Shown piece by piece: positions 32,701 to 39,041 of a stretch of DNA of 39,041 bases. Each line of letters starts with the position of its first letter. Position 1 is the first letter of the stretch. This DNA is from a virus (Duplodnaviria; Caudoviricetes), in the IMG/VR virus record IMGVR_UViG_3300016476_000446, positions 1 to 39,041 of that record. The stretch is one strand, 5' to 3'. The notes under the pieces were generated by a model. It ran no database searches, was not told the DNA's origin, and saw only the letters and a list, made by a program, of their open reading frames with translations. The translations under genes and the position numbers were made by a program.

Positions 32701-35700
32701 ATGGTTCAACTATGGAGTGAAAAATCCGGGTTTCAGTTAGCTAGGTTAGATGAAAGAACAACCTATAATATACCATTACCCTTAACCCTACCAGGGTCTA
32801 CAGTTACTATCTTTATAAGTGGTCGCTTGCCAGCTGGTATGCGATTGTCAAACAACAGTATTGTTGGTACTCCTTACGAAGTTTCAAGAACTGTAAATTA
32901 TGAATTTGTAATACGTGCAATATCAGGAACAACAGTTTCTGACAGAACTTTTTCAATAATAGTAGATGGTTCTGATAATCCTATATGGGTAACACCTGAA
33001 GGTTTACTACCAGTAAACCCCAACAACTTATACTTTATATTGGATAACACTCCTGTTGACTTTCAGTTAAGGGCAATGGATGCCGACCTCCCAGCTGGTG
33101 ATAATATAAACTATTTTATAGCAGACGGTGACGGTGAGTTACCACCGGGGATATCATTATCATTAAATGGAAGATTAACTGGTATAGTTGATCCAATTCT
33201 TGCACTAGATTTAGAAGCAGGTGACGGTGGGTATGACTCAAGCCCTTACGAAAAATATCCTATAGATTTTGGTATCAAAAAAAGCGTGTTGGGTATAGAT
33301 AGTTTCTATTACGATTTCACAGTATACGATTATGGAGTTGAAGCAAGAACTCCAAGAAAATTAAACCGTAACTATGAGTTCGTAGTCACTGCTACTGACA
33401 ACGTAAGTTACACAAAAAGAAAATTTAGAATATATGTAGTTGGTGATGATTTCTTAAAAGCCGACAATAACATTATGCAGGCTGACACCGGTCTTTATAC
33501 TGCTGACAACACTTTTGTAAGGAGCCCACTGTGGCTTACTCCGTCTGATTTGGGCGTAAGACGTGCAAATAACTTTGTAAGTTTGTATCTAGATGTTTTA
33601 GACCCAAATACACTTTCAGGAGTAGTGTATTACACCCTCGATCAAGTAAACGACGACGGAAGTGTGAGCGCACTACCACCTGGCCTTGAGCTAGATACCG
33701 CAACTGGTGAGATAGCTGGTAGGATCCCCTACCAACCAGCAGTTACCAACGAGTATAAGTTCAGTGTAACTGCTACTAGGTTCAATACTGAACTTGGTAC
33801 TGTTGCTGTAACTGGTGAGTATTTTGAAGATACACTATCTGGCAAAACAAGTATTAAAATTTTCAAACTACCCACTACAACAAACGATTCAATAGACGAC
33901 CTACTAAGTTTAGTTGGCAGGTCAATAACTATAGAAGGCAACGAATATACAGTAACATCGGTCAATGGATCCAACACTGAATACGACATCCTGAACTTAA
34001 ACACTGCATTACTGCCACTTGCAGGTATAAACCAACTTAAAGTAAAACAAACAGCTACTTCTATAGACTATTTTTTTGCAAATTCATTAAATTTTAATTC
34101 AAGAGAATTTTACAAAGGTAAAAAACTAAACATAAGTGATACAGTCTCATATAAAATAGATGATGTGTATCCGTATGTTGAATGGAAAGTAACACCTGTA
34201 GTTGGTTCTGCATACTTGCAACTTGTGGGCGGTGGTGATTTCGAAACTGTTCTGGAATCAGTGTTAGGGTCAACAATTAGACCGGCGTATATTACAACAA
34301 CGTTGAGTGGCGGTAATGTTACAGAAGTCAAGATGGTTGTGCCATCAACTGCCAAAAATCGAAATACAAATTACTTAAAGTCACTGTTTACATCCAACAC
34401 TGCTGCCGATGTAACATTAATTAAAGTAGCTACTAGTGAACGAGTTAAGTTAGAAACCCCAATAGTTGGATCATTTTTAGCAAACCGGGTATTTAAATTT
34501 GCGGCTGTGCTTGGTGGAAGTTTTGAAGAATTATTTAATGTTTCTGAAACAGAATTATATAAAACTCCTAAGACATTTACGCTATCAGTGCTGGGTGAGG
34601 TCGAATCAACTATTAAATGGATAACTCCAGAAGTATTGCCAGATTTGGTTGCTGGAAGGTTGAGTACTCTATTTGTTAAAGCGGAGACTACTTTAGTTGA
34701 TTCTAAAATAAAATACAGTTTAGTTTCTGGTTCTCTACCACCTGGAATAACATTGAAACAAGATGGCGAGTTATCTGGGACTGTTAGGCAATATGATACA
34801 AGTGCAGGGCGAGGAATAACATACTTTGACTTGGGCAATACTACATTCGATGACACAACTACTGAATTTGATAGGGTATTTACGTTTACAGTAATAGCAA
34901 GAGACAGGTTTGGATTCAGTGCAACTACTAGAACATTTAGTATTCATATAACTGATTCCGACAAAGTTGTGTACAGTAACATATATATGAAGCCTTTCCT
35001 AAAAGACAGCCAGAGAATAGTTTATGAAAAATTCATAAACAACAGTAGAATCTTTACCCCGGACTACATTTATAGACCAGGAGATCCAAGTTTTGGATTA
35101 CAACGAGAGCTAAAGTCATTAGTATATGCTGGTATCGAGGCAAAAGACATAAATCATTTTGTTGCTGCTACTGCTAGAAATCATAGAAGAAAAAACTTCT
35201 ATCTTGGTGAAATAAAGACTGCATTTGCAAAAAATCCAGGAAGCAATGATGTAATATATGAAGTTGTATATTTAGAATTGATAGATCCACAGATGCCCAA
35301 AACTGGAAAAACTGCTGAGTCATTTAAAGCAAGATCTCCAAATAAAATAACGGTAGACAGTTTAAGATTTTATAACAACACACTTGGCCAACCATTTAAA
35401 TACAGGCCAATACCTGATAATCCAATAACTATTGATAGCACTGCTGTTAGAATAGATCAAACCACTAATAGCTTACTTCATATAAGTAACTTACAGAATA
35501 TGAGAGCTCGTATAAAAGAAGTTGGAACAAATTCACAGGATTTTCTTCCACTTTGGATGAGAACTCAACAAACGGTTAAAGATCAACTAACCAAGTTTGT
35601 GGCGGCTGTTCCAATTTGCTACACAGTCCCTGGAAAATCTGCCACTATTGTAGAAAACATTATAAACAGTGGATTTGACTTTACTGCACTGAACTATGAA

Positions 35701-35784
35701 ATAGACAGGTATATAATATCAAACACAGCTGGGAACATAAATGAACAGTATGTTCTTTTTGCAAATTACAAGTTTAATGTATAA
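32701..35784 (+). CDS. Structural protein with putative Ig-like (He_PIG) repeats, probable baseplate wedge component
   Basis: Four LP[AP]G[MIL]xL...G.I.G repeats, each followed by Y.F.[VI].A. Confidence 0.8.
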   Translation: MVQLWSEKSGFQLARLDERTTYNIPLPLTLPGSTVTIFISGRLPAGMRLSNNSIVGTPYEVSRTVNYEFVIRAISGTTVSDRTFSIIVDGSDNPIWVTPEGLLPVNPNNLYFILDNTPVDFQLRAMDADLPAGDNINYFIADGDGELPPGISLSLNGRLTGIVDPILALDLEAGDGGYDSSPYEKYPIDFGIKKSVLGIDSFYYDFTVYDYGVEARTPRKLNRNYEFVVTATDNVSYTKRKFRIYVVGDDFLKADNNIMQADTGLYTADNTFVRSPLWLTPSDLGVRRANNFVSLYLDVLDPNTLSGVVYYTLDQVNDDGSVSALPPGLELDTATGEIAGRIPYQPAVTNEYKFSVTATRFNTELGTVAVTGEYFEDTLSGKTSIKIFKLPTTTNDSIDDLLSLVGRSITIEGNEYTVTSVNGSNTEYDILNLNTALLPLAGINQLKVKQTATSIDYFFANSLNFNSREFYKGKKLNISDTVSYKIDDVYPYVEWKVTPVVGSAYLQLVGGGDFETVLESVLGSTIRPAYITTTLSGGNVTEVKMVVPSTAKNRNTNYLKSLFTSNTAADVTLIKVATSERVKLETPIVGSFLANRVFKFAAVLGGSFEELFNVSETELYKTPKTFTLSVLGEVESTIKWITPEVLPDLVAGRLSTLFVKAETTLVDSKIKYSLVSGSLPPGITLKQDGELSGTVRQYDTSAGRGITYFDLGNTTFDDTTTEFDRVFTFTVIARDRFGFSATTRTFSIHITDSDKVVYSNIYMKPFLKDSQRIVYEKFINNSRIFTPDYIYRPGDPSFGLQRELKSLVYAGIEAKDINHFVAATARNHRRKNFYLGEIKTAFAKNPGSNDVIYEVVYLELIDPQMPKTGKTAESFKARSPNKITVDSLRFYNNTLGQPFKYRPIPDNPITIDSTAVRIDQTTNSLLHISNLQNMRARIKEVGTNSQDFLPLWMRTQQTVKDQLTKFVAAVPICYTVPGKSATIVENIINSGFDFTALNYEIDRYIISNTAGNINEQYVLFANYKFNV

Positions 35785-35790
35785 TAAATA
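35783..35790 (+). promoter_or_regulatory. T4-late-like promoter box
   Basis: AATAAATA followed by AAGGA SD. Confidence 0.6.
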
Positions 35791-35808
35791 TATAAAAAGG
35801 AATCAATC

Positions 35809-36414
35809 ATGTCATATGAAATAAGCATAACACAAGAGGACTTCGGACAATATCCATTGCCCGGGGTTAACAATGATACCCAGGGTTTTAGAGACAGATT
35901 TAGCATCATACAAGACAAGTTTGATATACTTGATGGTGCCGTCAACAACTTGGATTTAGTGTCTGCAAAAGTAAACCAAACAAATGATTTTGGTGGAAAC
36001 AGTATAACCGACGCTATATTAAAAGGTAGCGGCGAGTCTGTAAAAACTAGGTCAAATTTAACTTCAGGTGCTGAAGGTGCTGAAGAATTACAATGGATAC
36101 AATATCACTATTTCCCATATACTGTTATGAATGATGCTTATGTAAGGTTTACTGAATGGCCTTTGACATCTGGAATGATGGGTCGTATCACTGTTGAATT
36201 GCGAAACTCAGATGCATCAGCAAAGGATGTTGTATTCATATACGGGTCAAGTGCAATAAAACTAGCATCTGGATCAGGACTTACTCTGGGAACTTACGAA
36301 GGGTATGCCGGTGCAAAAACAACTGTTTCAGCAAATACCACGAAGATATATGAATTTTGGACGCCGGACAAGGGAGTAACACTGTTTGCAAAGCTAATAG
36401 GCACGTTCTCCTAA
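35809..36414 (+). CDS. Putative structural protein
   Basis: YPLPGVNNDTQGFRDRF N-terminus; late context. Confidence 0.7.
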   Translation: MSYEISITQEDFGQYPLPGVNNDTQGFRDRFSIIQDKFDILDGAVNNLDLVSAKVNQTNDFGGNSITDAILKGSGESVKTRSNLTSGAEGAEELQWIQYHYFPYTVMNDAYVRFTEWPLTSGMMGRITVELRNSDASAKDVVFIYGSSAIKLASGSGLTLGTYEGYAGAKTTVSANTTKIYEFWTPDKGVTLFAKLIGTFS

Positions 36415-36641
36415 TGCATCCACTTTTGGGCACTTTAAAAGATCTAACTGACTCTCAACTTGAAACAAAGTTGTATACTTTGAATCGAATGTATTTTATA
36501 ACAGACAACCCGGAAGTAAGGCAACAAATGATCCTTATTATGGACTCTATAAAAATAGAAATGGAAGAGAGACGTACTTCGAGTAGAAATACTCCGGGCA
36601 ATCTTGACGATGATCTTGACAAACTTATTAATGTAAGTTAA
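36414..36641 (+). CDS. Small helical protein
   Basis: TAATG coupling; MHPLLGTLKDLTD...LDKLINVS. Confidence 0.7.
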   Translation: MHPLLGTLKDLTDSQLETKLYTLNRMYFITDNPEVRQQMILIMDSIKIEMEERRTSSRNTPGNLDDDLDKLINVS

Positions 36642-36644
36642 AAT
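36616..36644 (+). promoter_or_regulatory. Sigma70-type promoter
   Basis: TTGACA-17 nt-TAAAAT; ATG 36651 lies 6 nt downstream. Confidence 0.65.
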
Positions 36645-36650
36645 AGTGGA

Positions 36651-37163
36651 ATGCGTAAGAGTAAAGCTGGCTTTCCTGTCTTTAGTAGTCAAGACATCTT
36701 TGATTTAATTTATAAAGGTAGGTCTGATATAATATCAGACCTACTTGTTGAAGATTCTGATGACATAAAAGAATTTAATTCTTTTTCCGACACACAACTT
36801 ACCATTTATGACATGTCTATTGAAGACAGCATCGACTTAGCAACTATAGATACACAACTACAGGCAGCATGGTTTATGCCCGATGATTATGTAAACATGG
36901 ATATTTTAGAATACTTGATATCTAAGTGTAGCACAGAACAAGAAATGTTACGTGTAGCTGAAGAATACATTGAATATGACCGAAGAGGTTATGTAATACT
37001 TCTTAAATTTTTAAAATACCTAGTGGATTTTATGAATGAGAATAAAATACTCTGGGGTGTAGGCAGAGGGTCAAGTGTTGCAAGTTACATACTTTATCTT
37101 ATAGGAATACATAAAATAGACAGTATAAAATATGATCTTGAGTTTTCCGAGTTCATGAGATAA
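36651..37163 (+). CDS. DNA polymerase III alpha (DnaE)-like stand-alone fragment
   Basis: RVAEE..., WGVGRGSSVASYILYLIGIHKIDSIKYDLEFSEFMR matches the DnaE GxGRGS...DP..Y.L.FERF region. Confidence 0.85.
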   Translation: MRKSKAGFPVFSSQDIFDLIYKGRSDIISDLLVEDSDDIKEFNSFSDTQLTIYDMSIEDSIDLATIDTQLQAAWFMPDDYVNMDILEYLISKCSTEQEMLRVAEEYIEYDRRGYVILLKFLKYLVDFMNENKILWGVGRGSSVASYILYLIGIHKIDSIKYDLEFSEFMR

Positions 37164-37169
37164 TAAATA
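37162..37169 (+). promoter_or_regulatory. T4-late-like promoter box
   Basis: AATAAATA followed by AAGGAGG SD. Confidence 0.55.
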
Positions 37170-37194
37170 ACTACACTGTAAAGGAGGCAACAAG

Positions 37195-37521
37195 ATGCCA
37201 GTTAAACAACAAGGACGAAAAATATATAGATCTGCAAATGGAAAGCAAATTGATTTGGATCTATTAGTATCAAGAAATGAACTTACTCCAGCAGTAAGTA
37301 ACGTAAAAATAAATGCGCGGGGCGACGAGTTGGGTGCCGGTGGTAAAATCGTTAGAAGAAGAGAAGACATTCTTCGTGAATATTACAACCAAGGCAAGAA
37401 GATGCCAGATGAAAACGTATCTAAGCAGCCGCCAGCGCCGGAACAAGACTGGGAAGAAGATCCTGAAGGAAACTTCGTAGAAGTAAAAAAGAGATCAAGC
37501 TCACGTAAAAAAGATGTATGA
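37195..37521 (+). CDS. Hypothetical phage protein
   Basis: YRSANGKQID...NARGDELGAGGKI segment; strong SD. Confidence 0.8.
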   Translation: MPVKQQGRKIYRSANGKQIDLDLLVSRNELTPAVSNVKINARGDELGAGGKIVRRREDILREYYNQGKKMPDENVSKQPPAPEQDWEEDPEGNFVEVKKRSSSRKKDV

Positions 37522-37948
37522 GTATAAGTGTATAATTGTAAACCACGTCGACGGTGATACTGTGGACGTGGACCTAGATTTGGGCTTTGACGTATGGCTT
37601 AAAGATGTACGTTTCAGACTTACTGGTATAGATACCCCAGAAAAATTTACCGACGATGCTACAGAACGTATTTTTGGTTTGGCTAGTAGTAAGAGAATAA
37701 CTGAATTACTACCAGTTGGGGCAAAGGTTATAGTAAAAACCGGAGTAAACAAATCTGGAAAAAATGTAAAAGAGAAATATAACAAATGGTTAGGTGAATT
37801 TTACCTAAACAATACAAACATTAACAAACAAATGGTTGATGAAGGATATGCTGTCCCATACTATGGGCAGAACAAGGCAGACTTAGAAATTTCGCATTTA
37901 GCAAATAGACAAAAACTTTTATATGAAGGCAAAGTAAAATTAGGATAA
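37514..37948 (+). CDS. Thermonuclease (staphylococcal nuclease-like)
   Basis: VDGDTVD, RLTGIDTPE, EKY and MVDEGYA motifs. Confidence 0.9.
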   Translation: MYEYKCIIVNHVDGDTVDVDLDLGFDVWLKDVRFRLTGIDTPEKFTDDATERIFGLASSKRITELLPVGAKVIVKTGVNKSGKNVKEKYNKWLGEFYLNNTNINKQMVDEGYAVPYYGQNKADLEISHLANRQKLLYEGKVKLG

Positions 37949-37951
37949 CCA

Positions 37952-38359
37952 ATGGCTATTAATATAGATTATATAGACGGAAGATTGACACCTATCAAAG
38001 ATAATGTTATAGTAACGGATATGTATTTTGGAGAACAAAAAACTAAATCCGGTCTTATCATTACAAGCGATGACGGCGATGTTCGTGGCATCTACCCAAG
38101 ATGGGGTAGAGTATACGCTAAAGGACCAGAAAACCAAGATCCTTACAATGTAGGTGATTGGATTCTTATCGAACATGGTAGATGGACTCGTGGATTTAAA
38201 ATGCGGGATGGCGAAACTGTTGTAGAAGTAAGAATGGTTGAAAAGAAAAGCATTTTAATGTTTAGTGATGAAAAACCCGAAGGCGTACAAATTGGTAAGT
38301 CAAGTGTATCCGACTTCCAATCCGATAAAATAACTCCAGAATCTTTTGCAAGAGGCTAA
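37952..38359 (+). CDS. GroES-like co-chaperonin
   Basis: LTPIKDNVIV, KTKSGLII, G.V.A.G and VGD.I motifs. Confidence 0.85.
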   Translation: MAINIDYIDGRLTPIKDNVIVTDMYFGEQKTKSGLIITSDDGDVRGIYPRWGRVYAKGPENQDPYNVGDWILIEHGRWTRGFKMRDGETVVEVRMVEKKSILMFSDEKPEGVQIGKSSVSDFQSDKITPESFARG

Positions 38360-38361
38360 CA

Positions 38362-38769
38362 TTGACACAACAAATTGACTTAAATAGATACAAAGATTTC
38401 GTAAATGTCGTTACTAGCAATGCTAGTAATGATTTAGAATCATTAATTACAAGACTTCGTGAATTAAACGAAGTCGTAAATATTCCACTACTTATGACAG
38501 GTAGCACTGGTGTTGCAGCAGAGGGTGGAGAATTTGCTGAGATTGTTAAGAAATGTGTTTTCCAAGGAAAACCTATGAATGAAGAAACAATCTTTCACAT
38601 GAAACGAGAATTAGGTGACATTGCATGGTACTGGGTAAATGCATGTAGAGCTATCGGCGTTGACCCAAACGACGTTATAGCCGAGAATGTTCGCAAATTG
38701 GAAGCACGTTACCCAGGTGGTCAATTCGACGTGTTTTATAGTGAAAATAGAAAAGAAGGAGACTTATAA
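38362..38769 (+). CDS. MazG-like nucleotide pyrophosphohydrolase
   Basis: EGGEFAEIVKK...ELGDIAWY...NVRKLEARYP. Confidence 0.9.
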   Translation: MTQQIDLNRYKDFVNVVTSNASNDLESLITRLRELNEVVNIPLLMTGSTGVAAEGGEFAEIVKKCVFQGKPMNEETIFHMKRELGDIAWYWVNACRAIGVDPNDVIAENVRKLEARYPGGQFDVFYSENRKEGDL

Positions 38770-39035
38770 TGGATCCAATTATAGGACAAATAATAGACGT
38801 AGCATTTAATTGGGAAATGCAAGACTGGGCATTGTGCGATGGTCGACTGCTTCAAGTCAACCAATATCAGGCGCTCTTCTCGTTGTTGGGTAATCGTTAT
38901 GGTGGGGATGGTATGCATACTTTTGCTATTCCAGACTTGCGACCGCGCGATGCAAACAAAAACCCACTACCGTGGGACCCCCATCAGCCAGTAAAGCAAA
39001 TAGCCCTACTTGGCATGTATCCTATGCGCCCGTAA
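38769..39035 (+). CDS. Stand-alone phage tail collar domain protein
   Basis: IGQI...WALCDGRLL...YQALFSLLGNRYGGDG..TFAIPDLR. Confidence 0.88.
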   Translation: MDPIIGQIIDVAFNWEMQDWALCDGRLLQVNQYQALFSLLGNRYGGDGMHTFAIPDLRPRDANKNPLPWDPHQPVKQIALLGMYPMRP

Positions 39036-39041
39036 AACCTT

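Noticed and set aside
669-38918. Numerous minus-strand and alternative-frame ORFs in the track (e.g. 2005..2556, 21193..21666, 34371..34856)
   Set aside because: They shadow well-supported + strand genes and lack SD signals or motifs. Only 1..549 and 25816..26103 are supported on the - strand.

Overview
AT-rich, densely coding segment of a large lytic myovirus of the T4-like (gp23-type capsid) supergroup, almost all on the + strand and in the standard genetic code. A Gram-negative, probably alphaproteobacterial, host is inferred from kdsA/kdsB, iscA and a GcrA-like HTH. Positions 1-13.7 kb are an accessory region: a macrodomain, two tRNA-Arg genes, a CCA-ending tRNA-like RNA, HAD, SLOG, Pth2 and many small ORFs. 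This region holds the most unusual feature, a translationally coupled array (7672-10875) of at least 9 small paralogues sharing a C-terminal W...F-x-[DE]-x-x-[DA]-x-x-F-x-L-R-W-S domain. Two members carry fragments of the gp23 major capsid protein at their N-termini, one matching the Gol peptide region. Positions 13.7-26.5 kb carry metabolic and repair genes: kdsA, kdsB, cupin, RNase H-like, DNA ligase, queD with a preQ1-riboswitch-like leader, a glycosyltransferase, uvsE and iscA. Positions 26.5-39 kb carry large structural/tail genes, a stand-alone DnaE fragment, thermonuclease, GroES, MazG and a tail-collar protein. Sigma70-type promoters and T4-late-like TAAATA boxes are visible, and five late boxes sit exactly 4 nt before an ATG (probable leaderless mRNAs). 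All family calls come from motif recognition by eye, not from database searches.
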